Shown here: positions 8,824 through 17,717 of the stretch, in pieces | Layout of the letters: every line of letters begins with the position of its first letter | How positions within the stretch are numbered: the first letter of the stretch is position 1 | Source of the DNA: Candidatus Dojkabacteria bacterium | GTDB lineage: Bacteria; Patescibacteriota; Dojkabacteria; SC72 | DNA length: 64,000 nt | NCBI GenBank assembly: GCA_018056375.1 | Contig: JAGPFQ010000001.1 | Coordinates: 103,995 to 167,994 of the forward strand | Direction of reading: 5' to 3' | Made by a program: the position numbers and the translations under genes | The notes under the pieces: model-generated | Database searches by the model: none | What the model saw: the letters and a program-made list of their open reading frames with translations, nothing else | Told to the model about the DNA's origin: nothing

Positions 8824-9510
8824 CTACACTTTTTGGTAGAGTTTGTCTAGCTTTGCGATTACAACAAATCTCTGTTCTGAAGTCCACAAAGGAGTACAGG
8901 TGATTAATGTTAGTCGGTAATCTTCACTATCTCTTACGACTGAGAGGTCATTATCATCAACAACTTTGGTCTCTGTAACAATATATTTCCAATCTCCTTC
9001 ATTATGTTTTATGACAATCTCATCCCCTACTGCTATTTTATCTAAATTAAAGAAAGTATTTTTAGCAGGAGGTAGATATTGAAATCTATGTCCAATGATA
9101 ACAGCATTACCTTTTTGACCAGGGAATTTTGAGAGAGGAAAATGCCAAAAACCAACATCTATTGTTTTGGAAGATTCTCCTTGATAAATTTTACCTTCAA
9201 TGGATATGGCGTCTATGAAAAGAGTGGCATCTATTTCTTCTAGGATTTTGGTGTCTAAGATAATGTCCTTTGTTCTTACGGACTCTTCTATTGAACCTTC
9301 TGCATAGACTTCTTGTCTAAAAGTGTCTACAGGTGGAGAGATGGTTGTCAGTAATTTAACAGTAGTTTGTTTTGTTAAATTGTAAAAATCAAAATCTTTA
9401 ACAGATAGTTGAATCTTGTTGTAGTTAGGATAGATAAGAAATATACCGATTGGAATTAGTACCAATAGTATGAGGAAAAGAGTTATTAATGTTTTTATTG
9501 TTTTTTTCAT
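8824..9510 (-). CDS. sortase-family transpeptidase
   Basis: N-terminal TM anchor, catalytic His in VIIGHRF, Cys in LTLITCTP, and a downstream Arg (RFVVIA). Confidence 0.8.
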   Translation of the reverse strand: MKKTIKTLITLFLILLVLIPIGIFLIYPNYNKIQLSVKDFDFYNLTKQTTVKLLTTISPPVDTFRQEVYAEGSIEESVRTKDIILDTKILEEIDATLFIDAISIEGKIYQGESSKTIDVGFWHFPLSKFPGQKGNAVIIGHRFQYLPPAKNTFFNLDKIAVGDEIVIKHNEGDWKYIVTETKVVDDNDLSVVRDSEDYRLTLITCTPLWTSEQRFVVIAKLDKLYQKV

Positions 9511-9611
9511 ATTTACCCCTCTATTCTACTAGATTTACAGAACAGTTGCATTATTTGCAAAATTATATTATTCTAAACCAAGAGCTATATAAATTTTAAT
9601 ATAGGTTAAAA

Positions 9612-10550
9612 GTGGCAAAGAAAAAGAGAAAAAACAGCCCCAAAACAACTGCTCAAAAAGATAAGAGATCAAAGGATAGTATGGTTTCAAAAGTTGAGAT
9701 TAGAGAGAAGAGGGATAATACTCTCTCGAAATCGGTTGGGACTATTTTTATCGTACTCGGTCTATTATTAATAGGATATGGTGTTTTTTCCTTTGTTAAG
9801 AATGGAAAGAATCCTGAAGTAGATGAGGCTTTGACTCCTCCTACTATGTCAGATACTTTGAAAGCAACTAATGGTGAGGAGATCGTTGTAAAAGGAGAAG
9901 CAGTTGATTACAAGAGGGTTATAGTCTATTTAGATGATGAGGAAGTTGGAAAGGTAAAAGTAGGAAGTGATGGAAAGTATGAGTTTAATAAGGAGATTAA
10001 AGATGAAGGAAAGTATATTCTTGCTGTTGCAGGAGAGAAAGGTTTCTTTAAGAAGGTAACAACTCCTAAGTCAGACCCACTGATTGTTTCAGTTGATAGA
10101 ACAGCTCCAGAGATTACAAAGGTAAATTATGCAGGAGAGGTAGGAACAGATACCTTTGCTATTAGTGGTGAAGCAGAAGCAGGTAGTACGATTATATTGA
10201 AGAGAGGAACAGATGTTTACGAAGTAGTTGCAGATGAGAAAGGTAAGTTTGTGATAAAGGATATTGCATTGAATGATGATGGTGTAAATGTCTACTCTAT
10301 TGTAGCAAAAGATGAAGCTGGTAATACTAAAGAATTTAGCGAGAAAGTATCTGTCATCTATTCACAAGATAGTTCAGTGAATGGAAATGCAGTTATTGAT
10401 ACAGATCTTCCAGTTGCAGCAGGAGAATTAGATTTAGCACTCTCTATTCTAAGAGATCAAAAAGTCATGATGGTGTTAGGTATTATTGCACTTATTGCAT
10501 TTGTAACATCATCAGGTGTTGTTATTGCAAAAAGAAAGAGATTGGCATAG
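9612..10550 (+). CDS. cell-surface protein with two Ig-like (Big-type) repeats, N-terminal signal-anchor and C-terminal sorting-signal-like tail (LPVAAG...hydrophobic...KRKRLA). GTG start
   Basis: GTG start preceded by AGGT. Two ~90-aa repeats (GE.V.....G.DGKYEF / DEKGKF...DEAGNT). The C-terminus is MVLGIIALIAFVTSSGVVIAKRKRLA. Confidence 0.5.
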   Translation: MAKKKRKNSPKTTAQKDKRSKDSMVSKVEIREKRDNTLSKSVGTIFIVLGLLLIGYGVFSFVKNGKNPEVDEALTPPTMSDTLKATNGEEIVVKGEAVDYKRVIVYLDDEEVGKVKVGSDGKYEFNKEIKDEGKYILAVAGEKGFFKKVTTPKSDPLIVSVDRTAPEITKVNYAGEVGTDTFAISGEAEAGSTIILKRGTDVYEVVADEKGKFVIKDIALNDDGVNVYSIVAKDEAGNTKEFSEKVSVIYSQDSSVNGNAVIDTDLPVAAGELDLALSILRDQKVMMVLGIIALIAFVTSSGVVIAKRKRLA

Positions 10551-10615
10551 CTAGTAGGTGTAAGTATGTGCTATTATTAATTTAGGTTAGAAATCTAAAT
10601 TAATCTTTGAAAGCT

Positions 10616-11719
10616 ATGGCCAAGGTCTACTCTGTTGATGGTGGAAAAAGTAATACTTTGAATACATCTACACAAACAGTCTTAATTGATTTGTCTCCTA
10701 AGTTAAAGATAGCTCTACTATTGATATTAGGTGTATTCTTTTGGAGTAAACAACTGTTTTCTGTCTTACTTTTCTTGATGCTCTCTTTTGTAATTATGTG
10801 TACCCTTAAACCTATTGTTAAATGGTTTATTAAAAAAGGGGTTTCTAAAGGTTGGGCTGCTTTTTTGTCATATCTGTCAATTCTTGTCTGTCTTACAGCA
10901 TTATTAACTATTATTATTGTACCTTTCGTTAATCAAGTAGGTGCAATGGTAGATGTTTTACCTAAATGGATTCCAGAAGGGTTAGACTATGTGAGAAATA
11001 TTCAATTTGGGAAAGAAGTTATAGACTTCTCTGCCATTGAGAAAGCACTAATGGATTGGATTAAGACTCTTCCGAATCCTGATAATTTTAAATCTCTCAC
11101 CTCAACATTAGGTAATTTCTTTAGTAGCTTTGCGATAGTCCTCTCCTCTATTGTTATGTCAATATATCTCCTCTCCGAGCATGAATCATTGGTAAATATT
11201 ATCTTGATTAGAATAACGGATGATGAGACTAGAGAGCGAGTTGTTAAATTAATAAGTGATGTTGAGAGTAAGCTTGGTGGGTGGGTTCTTGGACAAGGTA
11301 CAGTCAGTCTCTTGGCGATGATTTTTACTGCTATAGTTCTGTCTCTCTTTAAAGTTCCTTTTGCAATACCGCTCTCGGTCTTTGTTGGTCTTGTAAATGC
11401 TGTTCCTGCAGTAGGTACTACATTAGGTGGAGTTATAGTCGGTTTGGTTGCCCTCTTATCTACTAATTTTGCAAGTGCGGCCATAATAGTTGTTTTAATG
11501 ATTATTTATCAACAGGTTGAGAATAATTTCATAACACCTAGAGTAATGGGTAATGTCATGGGTTTGAAACCTCTCTATGTTATGGCTGGTGTTGTAATAA
11601 TGCTTCTTCTTGCTGGTCCTGTTGGTGCTTTAATTGCAGTACCTTTTATGGTTTTAGTAAAGATAGCATACGAATTCTATATCGACTTGCAAAAATTGAA
11701 AGCTAAGGGTATCGTTTAA
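10616..11719 (+). CDS. AI-2E (UPF0118/PerM) family transporter
   Basis: ~8 predicted TM helices and the family motif YQQVENNFITPRVMG (compare qq.e..il.P.v.g). ATG at 10616; the track ORF starts at an upstream TTG at 10607. Confidence 0.6.
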   Translation: MAKVYSVDGGKSNTLNTSTQTVLIDLSPKLKIALLLILGVFFWSKQLFSVLLFLMLSFVIMCTLKPIVKWFIKKGVSKGWAAFLSYLSILVCLTALLTIIIVPFVNQVGAMVDVLPKWIPEGLDYVRNIQFGKEVIDFSAIEKALMDWIKTLPNPDNFKSLTSTLGNFFSSFAIVLSSIVMSIYLLSEHESLVNIILIRITDDETRERVVKLISDVESKLGGWVLGQGTVSLLAMIFTAIVLSLFKVPFAIPLSVFVGLVNAVPAVGTTLGGVIVGLVALLSTNFASAAIIVVLMIIYQQVENNFITPRVMGNVMGLKPLYVMAGVVIMLLLAGPVGALIAVPFMVLVKIAYEFYIDLQKLKAKGIV

Positions 11720-11752
11720 TGTAGATATAAAATTTTTAACTGCCTATTTTAA

Positions 11753-14296
11753 ATGGATAAAGGAACTTCAAAAGAAACAGCTGTTTACTTTTTTGAAGAC
11801 TATTCAGCTAAAGAAGTAAATGAGGATAAGGTTGGAAGAAAGGGACTTAGTCTCTTTAAACTGAAGGATATGGATGTCCCTGTACCTGAGTTTTTTGTTG
11901 TTGGTAGTAATGTTTTTGTGCAGCATGCCCTTAAGGTATTAAATGGTACAAAAGGCAAGCTTTTAGCTAAAGGTAGAAATCCAGAGAGTGAGGAGGTTGA
12001 AGTGGCTTTACTTAAGGAGAGTTTTCCTCGGGAAGTAGAGGAAGAGATACTCTCTGCATATACTCGATTATCTGGTTTTACAGATGCTTGGGTGTCTGTA
12101 AGGTCATCGATTGTTTTCCCTGCAGAGAAAGATGTTTCCTTCTCAGGTGTCTTCTCTACAGAGCTAAATGTTAGGAAATATGAAGAATTAATACCTTCTA
12201 TTAAAAGAATTATGTCTTCCCTTTTCTGTGATGATGTTGTTGCATATGCGAGTAAGATGGGTGTTGATATTTCAGATGCAAAGATGGCTGTTGTTGTACA
12301 GAAGATGGTGCAATCTGAAACTGCAGGTATTGTATATACAGTGGATCCAATTACCCAAGAGAAAACAAAGTTAAGTGTAGAAGCTGTGTATGGTTTAGGA
12401 GATGTCATTTCTCTTGGTGAAGTTACTCCAGATACATATCTTTTAAACAAGAAGGATCTTTCTACTGTTGAAAAGCATATTTCCCCACAAGAGAGTATGA
12501 AAGTGAGAACAATGAGGCATGCAAAGAAGGGTTCACAGGGTGTAGAGAAGATAAAGATTTCTAAGAATTGGAGTCATAAACAGAAATTATCTGATTCAGA
12601 TATCAAAGAAATTTCCCAAATAGCATTGGTGATTGAAGACAGGTGTAATGAACCTCAGGCTGTCGAATGGGTGCTCTCAGGAGGTAGATTTTGGGTTCTT
12701 CAAAACAAGCCAGTTAGATACAAACCTTTAGATGTTAGAGTTGAGAGTAATACATCATTAATAGTAAGAGTAAACATTAGGGATCAAATACAAGGGTTTT
12801 TGGATAAATACAGGAGTAAGGATGAGATGATTAGCTCTGCAATGACTGAAGCGAAGAAGATTGTTAAGAAACAGAGTAATATTGAGATGAAGAGATTAGA
12901 AAAGTTGATATATGAAGCGAAGAAAGAATTAGACACTGAAATACTCAAAGAAGAAACAAAGAGAGAAGATTTTGTTCTCTCTGGTATAGGTGCAAGTTTT
13001 GGTAAAGCTGTTGGTAAGATTAATATTGTAGATGCTCCTGTTGCCAAGAAGTTTACCAAGGATGATATTCTTTTGATTAAAAGATACTCTACTGAGATGG
13101 AAGGAATGATACTTTCATCAGCTGGTGTGATAATGGAAACAGGTGGTTTGACTAGTGATACGGCAATTCTTTGTAGAGAATTTAATATTCCTGCTGTTGT
13201 TGGTGCAAAGAAAGCATCATCACTATTAAGAAATGGTGAGTATGTCAGGTTGGATGGAAATGCAGGTACTGTATACAGGGAGAAGAAGGAGAAATCAGAA
13301 GATGTTTCTACTGGGGTTCATCCAGTAGTACATGCATATACAAAAGGTGAAGTGAAAGTAGAAGAGAAAGTTGAGGAGGAAAAGAAAGAAGAGATTCCAT
13401 CTGTTCCACCCAAGGATAGTACACTCCCCCCTACTGCTACAAAGATTTATTCTATGGTAACTAAACCAGCGAAGAAGATGTTTAATTATGTAGGAGATTC
13501 TAATGGAATTGTGTATGTAGACCTTGATAGAATTATGATTGAAGATGGTAGACATATTCTCAAATATGTAGAGGAAAAGAAGTTCTTAGACTATACAAAG
13601 AAGATATCACAGCAGATAATTGATTATGTTGATTTAGCTGGTGGTGAAGAAGTTGTAGTGTCCATAGGTTCAGCAAAGGTTAAGGAATTTAGAGCTCTTG
13701 TTGGTGGTAAATCTTTGGAAGACAGTTCTCTTTCCCCTGAAGCAAGAGGAGCTATTCACTACATTACCAATCCTGAGCTACTAAAAAGAGTGGCCAGAAT
13801 TATTAGAAGAGTTAGAAATGTTTACAAGAAGAGAAATGTCTCATTGGCTATTCACTCCCCTATGAATGAGGATGTGATGAAAGAGATGAAGAAATATCTC
13901 TCTGCAGAGAAGTTAAGGAGAACATCATCCTTTAATCTCTATGTTGTTTTAGACAACTCTTCTGAAATTATATTAATAGATGAGATAATTAATACACAGA
14001 TAGATGGTGTCATATTAAATACACCAAAAGTTGCAATGCAGATGCAAGGCTTTAAGGAAGATACCAAGAATGCTAAATATGACCTTGCCAGATCAAGTGT
14101 GTTTAAAGTTTTGGACAATGTTCTTTCATCTGTTAGAGAGAAAAATGGGAAGACAATTGTGATAGTGGAAAACAACAAACCACTTCTTCGATATTGTGTA
14201 CAAGCAGGAGTGTATGGAGTTTCTGTCTATCCTGAGGATATTAAAGAAGCCAGAAAAGTTGTGGCAGATGAAGAGGTAAAGATTATCCTTGGCTAA
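11753..14296 (+). CDS. PEP-utilizing enzyme family protein (PEP synthase / pyruvate-phosphate dikinase-like) with Asp in place of the catalytic phospho-His
   Basis: N-terminal PPDK_N/ATP-grasp region. The central mobile-domain motif is GGLTSDTAILCREFNIPAVVGA versus the canonical GGRTSHAAIIARE.GIPAVVG. The C-terminal ~330 aa are not a clear PEP-binding TIM barrel. Confidence 0.6.
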   Translation: MDKGTSKETAVYFFEDYSAKEVNEDKVGRKGLSLFKLKDMDVPVPEFFVVGSNVFVQHALKVLNGTKGKLLAKGRNPESEEVEVALLKESFPREVEEEILSAYTRLSGFTDAWVSVRSSIVFPAEKDVSFSGVFSTELNVRKYEELIPSIKRIMSSLFCDDVVAYASKMGVDISDAKMAVVVQKMVQSETAGIVYTVDPITQEKTKLSVEAVYGLGDVISLGEVTPDTYLLNKKDLSTVEKHISPQESMKVRTMRHAKKGSQGVEKIKISKNWSHKQKLSDSDIKEISQIALVIEDRCNEPQAVEWVLSGGRFWVLQNKPVRYKPLDVRVESNTSLIVRVNIRDQIQGFLDKYRSKDEMISSAMTEAKKIVKKQSNIEMKRLEKLIYEAKKELDTEILKEETKREDFVLSGIGASFGKAVGKINIVDAPVAKKFTKDDILLIKRYSTEMEGMILSSAGVIMETGGLTSDTAILCREFNIPAVVGAKKASSLLRNGEYVRLDGNAGTVYREKKEKSEDVSTGVHPVVHAYTKGEVKVEEKVEEEKKEEIPSVPPKDSTLPPTATKIYSMVTKPAKKMFNYVGDSNGIVYVDLDRIMIEDGRHILKYVEEKKFLDYTKKISQQIIDYVDLAGGEEVVVSIGSAKVKEFRALVGGKSLEDSSLSPEARGAIHYITNPELLKRVARIIRRVRNVYKKRNVSLAIHSPMNEDVMKEMKKYLSAEKLRRTSSFNLYVVLDNSSEIILIDEIINTQIDGVILNTPKVAMQMQGFKEDTKNAKYDLARSSVFKVLDNVLSSVREKNGKTIVIVENNKPLLRYCVQAGVYGVSVYPEDIKEARKVVADEEVKIILG

Positions 14297-14320
14297 GCCA
14301 ATTATGATATACTCCATAGT

Positions 14321-16933
14321 ATGAACAATACTCCAATGATGAGGCAGTATCTGGGTTTTAAGAAACAGTATCCAGATAAGATAGTCCTTTTTAGAATGGG
14401 TGATTTTTTTGAGACCTTTGGTGATGATGCTAAGTTAGCTTCTAAAATCTTAAACATTACTCTCACAAAGAGGGATAAAAAACACAACCCTACTCCACTT
14501 GCTGGATTTCCTCAAAAGGCTTTGGATCAGTATTTACCAAAATTTGTAGAAGCTGGTTACTGTGTTGTAGTTGTGGATCAACTGGAAGATCCTAAGTTAG
14601 CCAAAGGAATTGTTAAACGAGGAGTTACTAGAATAGTTACTCCTGGTACTGTGGATGGTGAACAAGCAAATGCCATACATGATTCTTACCTCGCAGCATT
14701 CTATTTTTCAAAAAAACAAGCATATGTAGCACTTGCAGATATCTCAACAGGGAAATTCTATCTCTTGAATTCTAAAGGCAGTAAAAACTATGACAGTTTT
14801 GTTAATACCATTCTCTCTTCCTACTCTCCTGTAGAAATTTTACTCTTAGAGGGAGAGAGCAATGAAAACTTTTCTACAATACCTGTTCAATTTATACAAA
14901 AAGGTCTTAACAATATTCCGTATTGTAATGAATTGATCACCTCTTTCTATGATGTGAAAAGTATTAATTCCTTAGGTTTAGAAGAAGGAGGAGAAGAATT
15001 AATTCCTGTTAGTATGATTTTGAAATATATTGAGGAAACACAGTTGATGGATCCAAAACATATTTTAAAACCTAAAAAAGTTTCTCTAGACAGCACAATG
15101 ATTTTGGACAGGTCTACTATTAGAAATCTAGAGATAGTAAGTAATTCATATAGTGGAAGTTTTGAAAATTCGCTCTTTGATGTTATGAATAGAACATCTA
15201 CAAGGATGGGTACAAGGTTACTTTACTCTTGGTTGCTCAATCCTTTGATAAGTAAAAAAGAGATATATAACAGATTGGAGGTAGTTGAGAAGTTTGTTGA
15301 TAACACAGATATATTTTCTCTTGTTAGGGAGAAACTAGAAGAGATTAATGATATAGAGAGGATTGTTGGGAAGATAGGTTTGAATAGAGTTACTCCTAGA
15401 GATATCAAAGCTTTAGAAATTTCTTTGAAGAGTTCTGTTGAGATCTTAAAGGTTCTTAAGAAGGGTTTTAGTAAGAAGTATTCTGAATTAAATAGTAAGT
15501 TGTATTTAGAAATTGCAGAGAAGATAGAGAGAACGATAGTTCAAGATCCACCGATACTAATCACAGAAGGAGGTATCATACATGAAGGTTTTAACAAAGA
15601 GGTGGATGAGCTTAGAGCTCTCTCTGGTGATAGTAAAGATTGGTTAAAAGAGTTTGAAGAGAAAGAGAGAGAAAGCACAGGCATACCTTCTCTGAAGGTG
15701 GGCTTTAATAATGTATTTGGATATTACATTGAAGTTACTAAAACACATCAGGACAAAGTTCCAGAGAGGTATATTCGAAAACAGACTCTTGTTAATTCAG
15801 AGAGGTATATTACAGAAGAACTAAAAGAGAGAGAGGATGTTATTTTAAATTCTCATGAGAGATTAAGTGCTTTAGAGTATCAAATATTTAATGAATTTAG
15901 AGAATCATTGATACCTAACTTAGGGAAGTTACAAGAGCTATCTAATGTGATAGCAGAGATAGATGTATTAAGTAGTTTTGCATATATTGCTAAAAAGTAT
16001 GATTATGTTCGACCTGAAATTTATGATATGGGTGAGAATGAAGGGTTAATTAAGATTGAGAAAGGAAGACACCCTATTGTTGAAAGAATTAGTACTGAAG
16101 ACTTCATTTCAAATGATACTGAGCTTTCTTTAAATAGTTCAACCATGGCTATTCTCACAGGACCTAATATGTCCGGTAAGTCTACATATATTAGACAAGT
16201 TGCGACTCTAGTGCTTCTTGCCCAGATAGGTTCTTTTGTACCAGCTAAAAGTGCCAGTATCTCAATAGTTGATAGGATTTTTACAAGAGTTGGTGCTTCA
16301 GATGATCTTGTTAAGGGGAGAAGTACGTTTATGGTAGAGATGGATGAAGCTGCGAATATTGTTAATAATGCAACAAAGTACAGTTTGATTGTTTTAGATG
16401 AGGTTGGACGAGGTACAAGTACTTATGACGGTGTTAGTATTGCATGGGCATTAGCTGAGTATATAGTTACTGAAGTTAAAGCCAGAACTCTTTTTGCAAC
16501 GCACTATCATGAGTTATTAAAATTAGCCGAGAAATATCCAGATAAGGTGAAGAACTTTAATGTGTTGGTAGAAGAAGATATTGAAAAAGGCTTGGTTATA
16601 TTTTTGAGGAAAATTGTAGAAGGTGGTACTGATAGGAGCTATGGAATATATGTAGCTAAAATGGCTGGTTTACCTAATTGGGTAATTAAGAGAGCAAATG
16701 AAATCCTTGAGAGTTTTGAACAGAAGAATATGTTTTCTTCAGACTCTTCTGTGAGAGAAGTTACTTTTGTACAGAAGAAAAAGAACAAAGCGAATCAAGA
16801 GAATGCACTGCAATATCCTCTGTTTTTCTCTCAAGATTCTGAAATAGAGAGGGAAATACAAGGTTTGGATACAGATAATCTTACCCCACTTGAAGCACTA
16901 AAAAAGATTGTTGATTGGAAGAAGAAGCTTTAG
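14321..16933 (+). CDS. mutS: DNA mismatch repair protein MutS
   Basis: N-terminus MMRQYLGFKKQYPDKIVLFRMGDFFETFGDDA, Walker A GPNMSGKST, and the conserved LDEVGRGTSTYDG motif. Confidence 0.9.
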   Translation: MNNTPMMRQYLGFKKQYPDKIVLFRMGDFFETFGDDAKLASKILNITLTKRDKKHNPTPLAGFPQKALDQYLPKFVEAGYCVVVVDQLEDPKLAKGIVKRGVTRIVTPGTVDGEQANAIHDSYLAAFYFSKKQAYVALADISTGKFYLLNSKGSKNYDSFVNTILSSYSPVEILLLEGESNENFSTIPVQFIQKGLNNIPYCNELITSFYDVKSINSLGLEEGGEELIPVSMILKYIEETQLMDPKHILKPKKVSLDSTMILDRSTIRNLEIVSNSYSGSFENSLFDVMNRTSTRMGTRLLYSWLLNPLISKKEIYNRLEVVEKFVDNTDIFSLVREKLEEINDIERIVGKIGLNRVTPRDIKALEISLKSSVEILKVLKKGFSKKYSELNSKLYLEIAEKIERTIVQDPPILITEGGIIHEGFNKEVDELRALSGDSKDWLKEFEEKERESTGIPSLKVGFNNVFGYYIEVTKTHQDKVPERYIRKQTLVNSERYITEELKEREDVILNSHERLSALEYQIFNEFRESLIPNLGKLQELSNVIAEIDVLSSFAYIAKKYDYVRPEIYDMGENEGLIKIEKGRHPIVERISTEDFISNDTELSLNSSTMAILTGPNMSGKSTYIRQVATLVLLAQIGSFVPAKSASISIVDRIFTRVGASDDLVKGRSTFMVEMDEAANIVNNATKYSLIVLDEVGRGTSTYDGVSIAWALAEYIVTEVKARTLFATHYHELLKLAEKYPDKVKNFNVLVEEDIEKGLVIFLRKIVEGGTDRSYGIYVAKMAGLPNWVIKRANEILESFEQKNMFSSDSSVREVTFVQKKKNKANQENALQYPLFFSQDSEIEREIQGLDTDNLTPLEALKKIVDWKKKL

Positions 16934-16946
16934 AATATCCTGTTAG

Positions 16947-17555
16947 TTAGATAGTAAGAAAGTAACCTTCATTATATTTGTTTCGTATTAATCTTATTCC
17001 CAATGCAGCAACAGTCTTTTTATTAATTCTGTACACTGTAACTTGTAATGCTTTTGAAGATATTTTAAAAGCGCCTTGACATAACAGTATACTTTTAAAA
17101 ACACTCATTTCTTGTTTCGTTAAGTATATTTTGCAACCATTGTATGTTATAGAATTATCGTTCTTTATAGTAATACCTCTATATGTATAGTTTGACTTGT
17201 CTTCTATTTTAATGGCACCAAAATATTTTTTAAGAAGGCAACTAAGAAGATTGTAGTTGATAGGAGCATATAAAATATCGTTTGCTCCCTTTTTAAACAG
17301 TTCTTCTGTGTGAGATTTTGAATCTTCTCTAGTTATAACTATTAGTTTTGTATTAATATTCTCTTTTTCAGGGATAGTATCCCAATGTCTTTCATCTAAG
17401 ATAATTACAGACTTGTGTATATTCTTTTCTCTTTCTAAACTATTTAGTGAGATAATAATATTCCTATTAATACTTTGTATTGTTTTTCTAGCAACAGAAA
17501 TAAGTTCTTGGTTTTTTGAAAGTATGTATAATATCTCATCATGGTTGTATTCCAT
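16947..17555 (-). CDS. OmpR-type winged-helix (Trans_reg_C) regulator with degenerate receiver-like N-terminal half
   Basis: The C-terminal ~80 aa fit the OmpR/PhoB DNA-binding pattern (LTKQEMSVFKSIL...VYRINKK...GYFL). The N-terminal half has receiver-like LIVITRED and GANDILYAP segments but no clear phospho-acceptor acidic pocket. Confidence 0.45.
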   Translation of the reverse strand: MEYNHDEILYILSKNQELISVARKTIQSINRNIIISLNSLEREKNIHKSVIILDERHWDTIPEKENINTKLIVITREDSKSHTEELFKKGANDILYAPINYNLLSCLLKKYFGAIKIEDKSNYTYRGITIKNDNSITYNGCKIYLTKQEMSVFKSILLCQGAFKISSKALQVTVYRINKKTVAALGIRLIRNKYNEGYFLTI

Positions 17556-17717
17556 GATTAATTATATGATTTGAAGATTGCAGGAATGTTTCTGTTCTTA
17601 AATTTTACTAATTACTTCTTTACACTTTTAATTAATATTTTTAGTCGAATATCTTTGTGCATAGCGAAGTTATACCATACCTTGAAATTCAATAGCAAAA
17701 AGGTGCATAATGTATGT

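Noticed and set aside
9560-9600. Possible sigma70-like promoter (TTGCAT ... TATATT) upstream of the surface-protein gene.
   Set aside because: In such AT-rich DNA, -10-like hexamers are everywhere, and the spacer length did not fit cleanly (14 or 17 nt with a weak -10), so it is not reported as a feature.
10440-10470. LPVAAG in the 312-aa surface protein as a sortase cleavage motif.
   Set aside because: Not rejected outright but down-weighted. It is not a canonical LPXTG/LAXTG, and the spacing to the hydrophobic segment (~15 aa) is longer than usual. It is reported as a hypothesis only.
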